64,000 nt of DNA from Candidatus Poribacteria bacterium (GCA_965208675.1 OZ242351.1:1344001-1408000), one strand, 5' to 3'; numbered from the stretch's first letter, positions 1 to 10,802 are shown. Numbers and translations: made by a program. Notes: a model not told the origin generated them from the letters alone.

Positions 1-1014
1 ATAGCAATTATTCGCGTTGTAACCCCTTAACGCAAAGGCATCCCTCGGCAAACCCGCCATCATAGGTAGATTCGGCCAACTTGTCCCCTCGCTATTCACC
101 CACCATGTGTAGCCATAGTTGGGGTTCATTGATTGAGAGGTTTTGGTGGCGAGTTCCATCCACCACGCAGGCATGAGTTGCTTCCCGTCCCACACCCCGT
201 TGTGGAGCGCAAGGTAACCGAAACGCGCCAGCTCTCTCGACGAAATATAAATTCCGCTATCCCCGTTCGTGTGAGGTCCGATGAACCCGCGGCCCCCTAG
301 TAAATTCCAACTCAATTCTTCTATGCCGATCGGCGCAAACACTCGCTCCTGCATGTAATCTCTCATTTCGACGCCCATAATATTAGCAAACGCCAGCGAC
401 AGATGCTGCAACCCGAGGTCGCTGTATTCCCAGTGCGTCCCTGGATCGGCCGCCAATGTCTCTGCCCAATAACCGTGCCGGTTCGGGCATCTTCCAAGCA
501 CGTGTTCAAAGGCGCCCTGTCCCTTTTCCATCGGCATGCCGACGCAGCCTGAAGAATGGCCGGCTACCCCCGATGTCATAGTAAGCAAATGTCGTATCGT
601 GATATGCTCTTTGCGGGAATCGGTAAGCGGATACCCCTCGGGGATGAACGGGTATGCCGGGCTATCTAGCTCCACTTTCCCGCCTTTTGGCAGGTCGTTT
701 CGGCGGCTAGCCTCAAGTAAAAGCCCCCACGCCGTACCCGTGAAGGACTTGGTACCCGACCAAATGTTGAAGCGCGTGGGAATTGGGATATTGAAAGTGT
801 GATACTCACGGACTAGATAGCCGTGCCGAATGATTACTACCGACCACTGGTCGCCGCCGTAATGAAAGGCTTGGCTCTGGAGAACGAGATCGAGCTTGTC
901 CGGGTCCATACCTGTCACATCGCGCACCTGATCGTCATTTTTGGCATAACGCCATTCACCAATTGACTCTGGAGGGGGATAATAGCGGTCGACATCTCGC
1001 GACGGGATTAACAA
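1..1014 (-). CDS. Serine hydrolase, beta-lactamase/class C-like family (3' end runs off the window)
   Basis: Not in the ORF track because it is truncated. Manual translation from TTG at 1014 (SD AAGGAGGAGG upstream) gives MLIPSRDVDRYYPPPES...VVIIRHGYLVREY...NIWSGTKSFTG (SxxK) and a later WEYSDLG (YxN-equivalent). Confidence 0.85.
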   Translation of the reverse strand, partial: MLIPSRDVDRYYPPPESIGEWRYAKNDDQVRDVTGMDPDKLDLVLQSQAFHYGGDQWSVVIIRHGYLVREYHTFNIPIPTRFNIWSGTKSFTGTAWGLLLEASRRNDLPKGGKVELDSPAYPFIPEGYPLTDSRKEHITIRHLLTMTSGVAGHSSGCVGMPMEKGQGAFEHVLGRCPNRHGYWAETLAADPGTHWEYSDLGLQHLSLAFANIMGVEMRDYMQERVFAPIGIEELSWNLLGGRGFIGPHTNGDSGIYISSRELARFGYLALHNGVWDGKQLMPAWWMELATKTSQSMNPNYGYTWWVNSEGTSWPNLPMMAGLPRDAFALRGYNANNCY

Positions 1015-1163
1015 CCCTGAACCTCCTCCTTGGATGGACATCTAATCCTCCTTAAACCGCTGCGGGCGATTGATGAAAACGCCTCTCGGCATCCAACCGA
1101 ATCGCCAAAGTGCGTCTACAGCGTTTATTCAGATGGAGGCGTTCATCCGACTATAGAAGCGCC

Positions 1164-1193
1164 ATTATATCAGTCGTTTCTTTTCGCTGTCAA
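1164..1193 (-). promoter_or_regulatory. Sigma70-type promoter for the serine hydrolase
   Basis: Minus strand reads TTGACA-18 bp-TATAAT with a TGn extension. Confidence 0.7.
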
Positions 1194-1419
1194 CCGTTTT
1201 CCACAGGGTAGCGTAATGAAGGTTGGGTCACTAATTCAGGAGCATACGCCGTGCAAGTCGCCGAGATTGAAATTGCCCTTACTCGGCTTGCATTGTGCGA
1301 AGCAGCAGAGCCGGTCGGCTTGCCGCCAACCGATTGAAATTCGCGTTAACCTCGTACACATGGCCGTCAACACATTGGTCCCGGCCAATTCGCACCGCGC
1401 CGCCATAAACGCAATCTAC

Positions 1420-1448
1420 TTGACACAGATTCTGCCAACGAGTAAAAT
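1420..1448 (+). promoter_or_regulatory. Sigma70-type promoter upstream of the 1641 gene
   Basis: TTGACA-17 bp-TAAAAT. Confidence 0.65.
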
Positions 1449-1640
1449 ATTTAGCATCCACGGTGCATTTCAATCTCAGTTGCTCCTTGAGCTACGGCTT
1501 CTGCCAAATCCCAAACCACGCAATCATGGCTAATGGGTCAACAAACGATTGGATACTACCCGTGAAAAATCAGATTCTGTACTGATGGATTAGGTCTGCC
1601 AAGTGTCACCTAATTTACCGTAAGGAGGTACACACAAACT

Positions 1641-2894
1641 ATGAACGCCTTTAGTGCTTGCTTAAATCCCTTCTCAAAGATAAACAGGTACGCAGCAATA
1701 ATGTTATTGCTGGCAATTTTGCCCGCAGTGGATGGTATCGCAGCATCAAAGCGAGTCGCGGTCTTATATTTTGAAGACCACAGCCGATTCGATTCCGCGA
1801 CCGGTTGCGGCTGCATCCCAAATCCATTTGGGATATTTGGCACTGGTAAGGGTCGAACAAAGTGGAATTTGAAAGAAGGATTCCCATATCTTTTGAACCG
1901 CAAACTTAAACAGACTCAAGTGTACGAACCGGTTTCCAATGCGGAAATCAAAGATGCCATGGCGAAATTAGGATTATCTCTAAAAGACGTTCGGTCAAAG
2001 GCTGAGAAGCGGTCACAGTTGGCAAAAGCGTTAAACTTGGATGCTTTTATTGTGGGGGACATACGGAAGTTTAAACAAGAGAGAGCCAAGGCAACGCGTT
2101 TTCAGACACTTAAAGGGGCAGCAGGAAGCGGGTTTAATATGGCTGCGGGGTTCGTCGGCGGCGCACAACTTGTAGGATATTATTATAGCGCTACCGTTCA
2201 CCTGAAAATGAAATTCTACGGCAGTTCCGGAGATGAAATCACAACTCGCAAAATTGCTGCGACCAAAAGGCACCAACTTGGCGGCGCAAAGATTGCCGCC
2301 TTAGAAGCTGTTGTTAGCGAACAGGGAACGGAGTTTCAACTTGGACAGATGCCGAATCCCGATAAAAAACCCCGCCCAATCGTTAGCTACATGAAGCTGA
2401 ACCAGATAAAATTTCCCAGCCCTGAATACGATAAGACCTTATTTGGGCTTGCCACTGACGAGGCATTAACGAAGGTGGTGCTGGCACTCGGCGATACCAT
2501 CGGCCCCGAATTCGTCATGCCGGGAACCACGCCTTCACAGGAAGAGGGCTCAAAGGAAATCGCCTCGGTTAAACACCACGGTCCTCTTAAAGCAGATGTC
2601 ATTTTTGTCAATCCGGACGATCCCGAAGATGCCTATATTAACGCTGGCTCGTCCAAGGGTGTTCTGGTGAGGCAGCAACTAGCGGTTTATACGGATGGCG
2701 AGGCGTTAATTGATCCAAACACTAAAGAAATACTTGGCAATGTCCCCAAAATGATTGGTAAAGTCGAGGTTGTTGAAATCAAAACCGACCGTCTCTCCCG
2801 AGTCCGAATCATCGAAGGTTCGGGCACAATTAAAAAAGGGGACAAAGTCGAACGGACACAGTCCTCACCATCGGAGACCCAGACAGCAAATTAG
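1641..2894 (+). CDS. Exported CsgG/TolB-N-like protein with C-terminal FlgT_C-like domain
   Basis: Signal-like N-terminus; 'KRVAVLYFED' and 'LAKALNLDAFIVGDI' (CsgG-like); 'YINAGSSKGV...LIDPNTKEILG...IGKVEVVEI' (FlgT_C-like); SD AAGGAGG. Confidence 0.6.
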   Translation: MNAFSACLNPFSKINRYAAIMLLLAILPAVDGIAASKRVAVLYFEDHSRFDSATGCGCIPNPFGIFGTGKGRTKWNLKEGFPYLLNRKLKQTQVYEPVSNAEIKDAMAKLGLSLKDVRSKAEKRSQLAKALNLDAFIVGDIRKFKQERAKATRFQTLKGAAGSGFNMAAGFVGGAQLVGYYYSATVHLKMKFYGSSGDEITTRKIAATKRHQLGGAKIAALEAVVSEQGTEFQLGQMPNPDKKPRPIVSYMKLNQIKFPSPEYDKTLFGLATDEALTKVVLALGDTIGPEFVMPGTTPSQEEGSKEIASVKHHGPLKADVIFVNPDDPEDAYINAGSSKGVLVRQQLAVYTDGEALIDPNTKEILGNVPKMIGKVEVVEIKTDRLSRVRIIEGSGTIKKGDKVERTQSSPSETQTAN

Positions 2895-2929
2895 GGCTAG
2901 CATTCGCGGCGAAGCTGCCGGAGGATAAG

Positions 2930-3961
2930 ATGATTGGCAAAATTAGAATCTTCTCTGCTGCCGTTTTTTTCATGGCAGGCTTCATGAGTTACGGCGGTGA
3001 AAATGAACGGCTGCACAGGGTCGGAGATGGCATCAAAATTGGGCTGTCAATGGACTCGTTGCGGGTTGAACGTTGGCGAAAAGACCGAGATATATTCATA
3101 AAACGTGCGGAAGTGCTGGGCGCAGAGGTGATTGTACAGCACGCGGACGGAGATGCGCGCAGGCAAAATGAGCAAGCGGAGAACATGATTACGCAGGGCG
3201 TTGATGTTTTAGTGGTAATCCCGAAAGACGGCGTTGCCGCGGCGCAGATTGTAGAAATCGCTCACAAAGAAGGGGTCAAGGTCTTGGCTTATGATCGGTT
3301 AATTATGAAGAGTGATGTGGATCTTTATATCTCCTTCGACAATGAACAGGTCGGCTATTTGCAGGCGGAATATGTTGCTCGTAAGATTCCTAAAGGGAAC
3401 TACTTTTTGCTTGGCGGCGCCCCGACAGACAACAACGCGCATCTTCTGAGAAAAGGACAGATGCGGGCGCTGCAACCGCTCATAGATCGTGGGGAAATTA
3501 AGGTTGTTGCAAAACAGTGGGCGATTGATTGGGACGCGCGGGATGCGCTAAAAAAGACCGAGCAGGTTTTGACGCGTCATGATAACCAAATTGATGCGGT
3601 CGTCGCTTCAAACGACGGTACCGCAGGCGGGGTTATCCAAGCGCTGGACGCACAAAAGCTGACGGGTAAAGTGCCAGTTTCCGGGCAAGATGCGGAGAAA
3701 GCCGCGTGCCAACGCATTCTCGCAGGGACGCAAGCCATGACCGTTTACAAGCCGATTCACCTAATCGCAATTACTGCTGCGGAAGCAGCGGTTGCTCTAG
3801 CCAAAGGGGATGCAATCCCGCAAGCAACTCAAACAGTAAACAACGACAAAACGGAAGTCCCCGCCATCCTCTTAACCCCAATCCAAGTGGATAAAGATAA
3901 TCTTGACGTGGTCATCGAAGATGGGTTTCACAAGCGAGAAGATATCTACAAGAAAAAGTAA
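2930..3961 (+). CDS. xylF: D-xylose-type ABC transporter substrate-binding protein
   Basis: XylF motifs: 'ERWRKDRDIF', 'VLAYDRLI', 'YISFDNEQVG', 'GAPTDNNA', 'ASNDGTAGG', 'SGQDA', 'MTVYKP'. Confidence 0.85.
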   Translation: MIGKIRIFSAAVFFMAGFMSYGGENERLHRVGDGIKIGLSMDSLRVERWRKDRDIFIKRAEVLGAEVIVQHADGDARRQNEQAENMITQGVDVLVVIPKDGVAAAQIVEIAHKEGVKVLAYDRLIMKSDVDLYISFDNEQVGYLQAEYVARKIPKGNYFLLGGAPTDNNAHLLRKGQMRALQPLIDRGEIKVVAKQWAIDWDARDALKKTEQVLTRHDNQIDAVVASNDGTAGGVIQALDAQKLTGKVPVSGQDAEKAACQRILAGTQAMTVYKPIHLIAITAAEAAVALAKGDAIPQATQTVNNDKTEVPAILLTPIQVDKDNLDVVIEDGFHKREDIYKKK

Positions 3962-3966
3962 AGCCG

Positions 3967-5661
3967 TTGAAAGTTATCCTACAATCGACTAAGCCACTGA
4001 AAACGCGGGAAATATTTCTCATTTGCGTTTTGCTGAATCTCGCCGTCTTCATGCAGAATCCCAATTCTGCAAATGCGCTTCCCGAATATGTCGAGATTAC
4101 CGAAGCCGCCGGTATCGATTTTGTTCACAATACAGGCGCATTTGGCAAAAAGTACCTGCCGGAAACTATGGGATCCGGTTGCGCATTCACTGACTACGAC
4201 AACGATGGTTGGGTTGACATTGTATTGGTAACCTGTAAAGATTGGGAAGGCCACCCTACCGGAAAGCGGCAGACTATGGCGCTTTATCGTAACAACCGCA
4301 ACGGGACGTTTTCGGATGCCACGGCGGGCGCCGGGCTTTCCGTGGAAATTTACGGGATCGGCGTCGCGGCTGCTGACTACGATAATGACGGCGATGACGA
4401 CCTCTATGTCAGTTGCCTTAAGGCGGATCGGTTGTTCCAAAATCAAGGCGATGCAACCTTTCTTGATGTGACGGAGCAAGCAGGCATTGACAACCCCGGC
4501 TTCGGAACGAGTTGCGCATGGTTCGACTATGACAAGGACGGCTATCTCGATTTATACGTAGCCAATTATGTGGAGTGGACCATTGAAACAGATATTTTCT
4601 GCACCCTAGACGGTACGAACAAGGCATATTGTACGCCCGAGTCATATCAAGGGCAATCGAGCCGCTTGTTTAGAAACCGGGGCGATGGCACCTTTGCTGA
4701 TGTGTCACGGATTTCCAGGATTGAAGATCCGACCAGCAAATCGCTAGGCGTCTGCATCTTCGATTACAATTCTGATGGATTGCCGGATATTTTTGAGGCT
4801 AACGATACACAGCCCAATAAGCTCTATCACAACAATGGCGACGGAACTTTTATCGAAACGGGACTAAACGTGGGCATCGCGTTTAGCGAGAATGGTGTTG
4901 CAACCGGTGCAATGGGCATTGATGCGGGCGATTATGACGGCAGCGGCAGGGAAAGTTTGGTAATTGGCAATTTTTCTAATGAGATGATGAATCTCTACAA
5001 TAACGAAGGAGAGATTTTTATTGATGATGCCCCCATTGCCAACATTGGACATGCCAGCTTGTTGACGCTGACATTTGCGTGTTTCTTCTTCGATTTTGAT
5101 CTTGATGGGTGGCTTGACATTTTTGCGGCGAACGGACACGTTGAAAATGAAATCAACGCCGTGCAGAGTGAGGTCACATACGCACAAGTGCCTCATCTGT
5201 TTCGTAACACTGGTAAAGGGACGTTCCGGGATGTCGCGCTGAAGGTCGGCGCTGACCTAGCGAAACCGATAGTCGGACGCGGCGGCGCGTACGGAGACAT
5301 TGACAATGACGGCGATTGGGATATCCTGGTCACCACGTCTAACGGTCCCGCCCATTTATACCGAAATGACGGCGGAAATCAGAACCACTGGATAAAACTG
5401 AAATTTATCGGCACCGAAAGCAACCGCAACGGTATCGGCGCTAAAGTTTCGATTACGTCGAAATCCGGGACGCAAACGCGAACGTTAAAGAGCGGCTGCA
5501 GTTATTGCTCACAGAGCGAACTGTCTCTAATCTTTGGAATTGGACAAACTCCCCTAGTTGACATGATTGAGGTGAATTGGCCCAGCGGGATTGTCGATCG
5601 ACTTGTCAACGTAAAACCGAATCAACTTATTGTTGTTGAAGAAGGGGAAACCAAAGATTGA
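3967..5661 (+). CDS. CRTAC1 family protein (FG-GAP/VCBS-like repeats plus ASPIC/UnbV domain)
   Basis: 'ETMGSG', repeated DYDNDG/DFDLDG motifs, C-terminal 'NRNGIGAKV...SYCSQSE...FGIG...VNWPSG'. Confidence 0.9.
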   Translation: MKVILQSTKPLKTREIFLICVLLNLAVFMQNPNSANALPEYVEITEAAGIDFVHNTGAFGKKYLPETMGSGCAFTDYDNDGWVDIVLVTCKDWEGHPTGKRQTMALYRNNRNGTFSDATAGAGLSVEIYGIGVAAADYDNDGDDDLYVSCLKADRLFQNQGDATFLDVTEQAGIDNPGFGTSCAWFDYDKDGYLDLYVANYVEWTIETDIFCTLDGTNKAYCTPESYQGQSSRLFRNRGDGTFADVSRISRIEDPTSKSLGVCIFDYNSDGLPDIFEANDTQPNKLYHNNGDGTFIETGLNVGIAFSENGVATGAMGIDAGDYDGSGRESLVIGNFSNEMMNLYNNEGEIFIDDAPIANIGHASLLTLTFACFFFDFDLDGWLDIFAANGHVENEINAVQSEVTYAQVPHLFRNTGKGTFRDVALKVGADLAKPIVGRGGAYGDIDNDGDWDILVTTSNGPAHLYRNDGGNQNHWIKLKFIGTESNRNGIGAKVSITSKSGTQTRTLKSGCSYCSQSELSLIFGIGQTPLVDMIEVNWPSGIVDRLVNVKPNQLIVVEEGETKD

Positions 5662-6005
5662 TATCAGGAAGCGTTTTCCGCCCATACACCACCTCGCGCG
5701 GCAAAATACCGCATGCGAACCGCTACTCACCTAGCATTAATCACCGCCCAACCTTGTGCAGGGATTTCTGCATCTATCCAATCCGATAATGAGAGCGACG
5801 CCGCGCAGACGTTTTCCGTAACGCGGCGTATACGAGCACACTGTGTCTCGAATTTGGCTCGTAATCTAGCGCACAGCCTTCGAACTTTCACGTTGGCGCT
5901 TTATTTTTGGAGCGAACAAGTTCCTAAACCTCACCTCACCTGCTGCGTCTAATTAGAGCAATTTGGAGCTAGGTAAGCCGCAAAATTACATAGGCAGGTT
6001 CCCTT

Positions 6006-7760
6006 ATGCAAAATGCACCAGCTAAATCATTGGCTCAAGCGATGCTTGATTCACACCTCATTTCCGACGACACGTATCGGCAGGTTTTTGAAGAGGTAGA
6101 GAATACAGGCGTTTCGATGGATGAATCGCTGAAAAAGCGCGTCGGTGAAGGCATGCTTGCACTTGCCAGAAAGAGCATTGAGTATGATGTCCCGTGCGTT
6201 TTGTTGGAGCGAGCTATTCCGGAGTCTGAGGCAACAGCCAAGGTTCCCGCAGGCTTTGCCTATAAAAACAAGATTTTCCCGATTCGCCTAGAGAACGAAA
6301 CGTTAACCGTGGCAATGGCTGACGCGCTTGATGTCGTCTTGATCGATGAAATTCGACTGGTTGCGGGGTGCGAGATAAATCCGCTCCTCGCGGACGAAGA
6401 AGACATCGAAGCCGCAATCATCCGCTTCTACGGCAAGACGGCAGCCCAAATTCTTAGTGAGAGTATTAAAGGGCCAGTCGGGGCGGTTGCCACACTTGAA
6501 CGGGAGACAATAGAAGATTTTGGAATTGATGAGAAGGACCTAATCCAAGATCCAACGGTGATACACGCAGTTGATCAGATGATTATTGACGCCGCACGCT
6601 TAGGTGCGAGCGACATTCACATCGAGCCGTTTCCGAGTGAACTAAAGATTCGTTTTCGAATTGACGGTGTTTTGGAGGAACAACCGCAGCCGCCGCCGCA
6701 TCTGCAATCCGCAATTACATCCCGCGTCAAGATTATGTCGGGAATGAATGTCGCAGAGCGGCGCCGTCCGCAAGACGGAAAGATAAGCAGGGAAATTCGA
6801 AGTGTAGGTAACCGCCAGATAGATCTCCGTGTTTCGACAGTGCCAACCGTCGCGACGCTCCATGGCGAAAGCGTCGTCCTCCGAATCCTAGACAAGCAAT
6901 CCATTTCCTACGGCTTAGAAGAACTAGGTTTAATGGAGGACAATCTAGAACAGTTTGACCGAATGATTCGCAAACCTCACGGCATCATCTTGGCGACGGG
7001 GCCGACGGGGAGCGGAAAAACAACAACACTATATGCCTGTCTAAAAGAGATAAATACACCGGATATCAAGATTATCACTATTGAAGAACCGGTCGAGTAT
7101 GAGTTGGAGGGAATTAACCAGATTCAGGTCAATCCAGATATTGGTGTCACATTTGCGGCCGGGTTGAGACACATTCTACGGCAGGATCCGGATAAGGTGC
7201 TCGTGGGTGAAATTCGAGACTATGAGACAGCAGAGATGGCAATTCACACGTCGTTGACCGGACACCTTGTGTTCAGTACACTGCATACGAACAATGCGCC
7301 GGGGGCAATTACACGGCTCATTGACATGAGTGTGGACGCCTATCTTGTGGCTTCAACATTGGAAGGAATAATCGCGCAGCGGCTCGCTCGGCGTGTCTGT
7401 CGAAATTGTTGTGACATGTACCAACCAGAATCGCATTACATCCGAGAGATTTTCGGCGGCCAGTCGTTAGCTGTCGATTCAAATTTGGTGATTCCGAGGG
7501 CTGTCGGCTGCAGTGAATGCCGAGGGCGGGGATATAAGGGGCGTATCGGCATTTTTGAGGTCATCTTGATGAGTGAGGAACTTAGAGAAATGACACTGCA
7601 TCGCGCCTCGACAAGCCAACTCAGACGCGCAGCAATGCGGTTAGGCATGAAAACGCTGCGTGAAGACGGATGGAGAAAGGTCGCCGCCGGCTACACGACT
7701 GTCGATGAAATTGTGCGCCTCACCCAAGAGGATGATTTTGACACCCGGGAAGTCGTATAG
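6006..7760 (+). CDS. gspE: Type II secretion / type IV pilus assembly ATPase (GspE/PilB)
   Basis: 'ASDIHIEP', Walker A GPTGSGKTT, 'LRQDPD..LVGEIRD', His box 'TGHLVFSTLHTN', two CxxC motifs, N-terminal T2SSE_N domain. Confidence 0.93.
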   Translation: MQNAPAKSLAQAMLDSHLISDDTYRQVFEEVENTGVSMDESLKKRVGEGMLALARKSIEYDVPCVLLERAIPESEATAKVPAGFAYKNKIFPIRLENETLTVAMADALDVVLIDEIRLVAGCEINPLLADEEDIEAAIIRFYGKTAAQILSESIKGPVGAVATLERETIEDFGIDEKDLIQDPTVIHAVDQMIIDAARLGASDIHIEPFPSELKIRFRIDGVLEEQPQPPPHLQSAITSRVKIMSGMNVAERRRPQDGKISREIRSVGNRQIDLRVSTVPTVATLHGESVVLRILDKQSISYGLEELGLMEDNLEQFDRMIRKPHGIILATGPTGSGKTTTLYACLKEINTPDIKIITIEEPVEYELEGINQIQVNPDIGVTFAAGLRHILRQDPDKVLVGEIRDYETAEMAIHTSLTGHLVFSTLHTNNAPGAITRLIDMSVDAYLVASTLEGIIAQRLARRVCRNCCDMYQPESHYIREIFGGQSLAVDSNLVIPRAVGCSECRGRGYKGRIGIFEVILMSEELREMTLHRASTSQLRRAAMRLGMKTLREDGWRKVAAGYTTVDEIVRLTQEDDFDTREVV

Positions 7761-7796
7761 TGCAATCCCTCGTTTCCCCTATAACGTGAGTTTTTA

Positions 7797-9023
7797 ATGC
7801 CAAGATTCCGCTACGAAGCGCTCACAAGCACAGGCAACACTGTAAGTAACACCCAAGAGGCGCACTCTAAAGCCGAACTTGTGTCTAACCTGAAAACAGA
7901 AGGGTATTGGGCAACAAGTATTGTTGAAGAATCTGCGTCGGAAATGCAGGAAAAGCGGTTTCAATTTTCGCTATTTCGTGGACGAATCAAAGCATCGGAA
8001 GTTGAATTCTTCACTTATCAGATGGCAACGCTCATCAATGCTCATGTGACTTTGCCGCGGGCATTGGGAATCACCCTCGAACAGATTTCGAATCCGAAAC
8101 TCAGAAGCGTTGTTGAGCAGGTCAAATACGATGTCGAACATGGCGCGATATTCAACGCTGCACTTGCACAACACCCTAATGTTTTTTCCGATCTCTATGT
8201 TAACATGGTGAGAGCAGGCGAGGCCGGAGGCGTGCTCGGCGTTGTACTCGAACGGCTATCTGAATTTGCTGAGCGGCAGCGCTTGCTGAGAAACGAAGTC
8301 ATTTCATCCTTATTTTATCCTGCGATTCTTTTGGTTTCTAGCATCATTGCTCTTGCTGTGTTAACCATTTTCGTCATTCCCAAACTCACTGTTATGTACG
8401 CAGACATGGGGGTTGACTTGCCTTATCTGACCCAGTTTCTGATTGCCGCCACTGATTTTGTTAGCGTGTACGGGTGGATTGTTTTGGTAGCGTGTGTTGC
8501 TGCGTTTTTTGGGATTAGGCAATTCGTGCGTACAGAAAACGGCCGCCTAATGTCCGATCGCCTGAAACTCAGGCTTCCTCTCGTCGGAAGTGTTTATAGT
8601 AATGTTGCACTTGTGCGTTTTACGCGCACAATGGCAACCCTCCTCGAAAATGGAGTCGTATTGCTGTCGGCGCTTCGAGTTGTGAAGGATTCAATTGGAA
8701 ATCAAGTTTACACCGGTGCGGTAACGGAATCCGAAAAAGGGATTGAACGGGGTTCCACCTTATCAAAAGAGTTGCAGGAATCCAATGTCTTCCCACGCCT
8801 CGTTACTCACATGATTACAGTTGGAGAAGAATCAGGCAATCTCGAACAGATGCTAGCAAAGCTATCAACATATTACAATTTGGAAATAAAGAAAGACTTG
8901 GAACGGTTGACGAGTTCAATTGGGCCTTTGGTGATCTTGGTTATGGGAGTAGTGATAGGGTTTCTCGCGGTCGCAATGATACTTCCGATTTATGGAGCCA
9001 CTGACTTGGTGGCTGGGCAATGA
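7797..9023 (+). CDS. gspF: Type II secretion inner-membrane platform protein (GspF/PilC)
   Basis: 'YVNMVRAGEAGG', 'MITVGEESGNL', three TM segments. Confidence 0.93.
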   Translation: MPRFRYEALTSTGNTVSNTQEAHSKAELVSNLKTEGYWATSIVEESASEMQEKRFQFSLFRGRIKASEVEFFTYQMATLINAHVTLPRALGITLEQISNPKLRSVVEQVKYDVEHGAIFNAALAQHPNVFSDLYVNMVRAGEAGGVLGVVLERLSEFAERQRLLRNEVISSLFYPAILLVSSIIALAVLTIFVIPKLTVMYADMGVDLPYLTQFLIAATDFVSVYGWIVLVACVAAFFGIRQFVRTENGRLMSDRLKLRLPLVGSVYSNVALVRFTRTMATLLENGVVLLSALRVVKDSIGNQVYTGAVTESEKGIERGSTLSKELQESNVFPRLVTHMITVGEESGNLEQMLAKLSTYYNLEIKKDLERLTSSIGPLVILVMGVVIGFLAVAMILPIYGATDLVAGQ

Positions 9024-9050
9024 CAATCTAGAATTTGGGAGGGAAAACCG

Positions 9051-9497
9051 ATGTTGACACGATTGAAAGCACATGAAGCTGGTGTGACGCTCATCGAACT
9101 TTTGATCGTTATCGTAATTCTTGGGCTGTTGGCTGGGGTGATAGCCTTAAATGTGATGCCCCAAAGAGACAAAGCAAAGGTTGCTACAACCAAACAAAGT
9201 ATTGATGCGCTGGACATGGCGCTTCAGATTTATTCTATCGATGTTGGCGATTATCCGACGACTGAACAGGGGTTAGATGCGCTGCGAAATCCCCCCAATC
9301 CTCTGCCTGCGGATTGGAATGGGCCTTATGTGGGAAAAACAACATTCAAGGACGCATGGGGGAATGATTTCATATATCAATACCCTGGCATTCACGCGGG
9401 TTATAGTTATGACCTATATTCGCTAGGAAAGGACGGCAAAGCGGGAGGTGAAGACCATAACGCCGACATCACAAACTGGATTGAGGAAACGCAGTAG
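9051..9497 (+). CDS. gspG: Major pseudopilin GspG
   Basis: Prepilin motif G|VTLIELLIV; 'YPTTEQGLDAL', 'WNGPY', 'DAWGNDFIY..PG', 'YDLYSLGKDG..GG'. Confidence 0.93.
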   Translation: MLTRLKAHEAGVTLIELLIVIVILGLLAGVIALNVMPQRDKAKVATTKQSIDALDMALQIYSIDVGDYPTTEQGLDALRNPPNPLPADWNGPYVGKTTFKDAWGNDFIYQYPGIHAGYSYDLYSLGKDGKAGGEDHNADITNWIEETQ

Positions 9498-10167
9498 CTG
9501 CCGTAATTTCGATTCAGCTTTTACGCTAATTGAAATTATGATAGTGCTGACGTTGATTGTAATTTTATCTTCGATTGCGATGCCTTCCCTACGCGGCTTC
9601 ACCGCGTCATCGCGTTTAAAATCATCAGCGCATGGGGTGCGAGACATGCTGCGTTTTGCACGCGATATGTCGATTACTGAACGGTCGCCATATCTTGTAG
9701 TGTTTGATTTTGAATTGAACAAATACTGGCTCGCTTCCAGCGAGACTTTCGAAATCACGGACGTGTCCGCGTCTTCGATTGCCAGTCCTTCAAGCACGGT
9801 TATATCGGTCATAAATCAGCAAAGACTGGAAAGCGAAAGTTCTGTAACGGGTCGCCCAATGGTTTCGCGCACAAGTAATATCCTCGGTCATCCGCAGTCT
9901 CTGGGCAAACATGTGACCTTATCTCACATGACAACTAACCATAATTTACAATCAAGGCAGGTAGACTCCGGTGTCGATTATATTTACTTCTCCCCAACGG
10001 GTTCTTCGGAAGAAACAACGCTGTACATTCAAAATCGACAGGGAAAACTGATGTCCATCACCGTCGAGGGCGCTACAGGTCGCACTCACACTGAAGGACT
10101 CAGTAGTCAGCAAGCTGGATCATTGGGACATGCTAATACCGGGGATTCCAATCTCAATAGTGATTAA
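9448..10167 (+). CDS. gspH: Minor pseudopilin, GspH/FimT-like
   Basis: A|FTLIEIMIVL motif, 'IYFSPTGSS', position after gspG. The start overlaps the gspG end and is uncertain. Confidence 0.75.
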   Translation: MKTITPTSQTGLRKRSSCRNFDSAFTLIEIMIVLTLIVILSSIAMPSLRGFTASSRLKSSAHGVRDMLRFARDMSITERSPYLVVFDFELNKYWLASSETFEITDVSASSIASPSSTVISVINQQRLESESSVTGRPMVSRTSNILGHPQSLGKHVTLSHMTTNHNLQSRQVDSGVDYIYFSPTGSSEETTLYIQNRQGKLMSITVEGATGRTHTEGLSSQQAGSLGHANTGDSNLNSD

Positions 10168-10324
10168 AACCTTGGGTTTCTATTGATCACTGCGAGACAT
10201 TCCACGTATCGGGGGATCTTTTATATATACTTGGCTATCCAACAGATGATACTTGAATTCGTTAAGTTCGAGACCCTTCACGCACGAGCAAACTGCCTAA
10301 ATTGCCTGAAAGGAAATTGGGGTT

Positions 10325-10771
10325 TTGTACATGACTCCTCTGAAGGTTTCCGTTTCGTATCTCCATAAATCGGCGCGAAGCAACGGCGGATTTACATTGA
10401 TTGAAATTGTCGTGACTTTAGCAATTCTGTCCCTCGGATTGCCAGTGCTCCTCCAATCATTTTCTAACGCGGCAAACAATCAAAGGAATTCGCAAGATAT
10501 GACGACTGCAATTTTCCTCCTCAAAACCCGCATGGCGCAAATCGAACTTGAGGGATATCCGGATATTGGTCAAGAATCGGGAGACTTTGGTGAATACTCG
10601 CCGTACCGTTGGCGCTCGGAAGTTCACGACGTGGTATCGGATGAGTTCGAGGAAGGGCTTCGTGCTGTCAATGTAACAGTCATGTGGCTAGAGCAGGGAA
10701 AGGCGGAGTCAACATCAATGATGACATATTTCGCCAATCGGCAGATGCCGCAACCGGAAAATGGCAGGTAG
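10325..10771 (+). CDS. gspI: Minor pseudopilin, GspI-like
   Basis: G|FTLIEIVVTL, 'YRWRSEV', 'VNVTVMW'; size and gene order. Alternative ATG at 10331. Confidence 0.75.
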   Translation: MYMTPLKVSVSYLHKSARSNGGFTLIEIVVTLAILSLGLPVLLQSFSNAANNQRNSQDMTTAIFLLKTRMAQIELEGYPDIGQESGDFGEYSPYRWRSEVHDVVSDEFEEGLRAVNVTVMWLEQGKAESTSMMTYFANRQMPQPENGR

Positions 10772-10802
10772 ATAAAGTTAAAGTGGAGGATGAAAGGGCG
10801 GT

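Noticed and set aside
536-1533. Plus-strand ORFs 536-802 and 1030-1533
   Set aside because: The first is antisense to the serine hydrolase. The second spans two divergent promoters and has no recognisable motif.
10183-10368. Extra small pilin between gspH and gspI
   Set aside because: No prepilin cleavage motif; it overlaps the gspI start in another frame.
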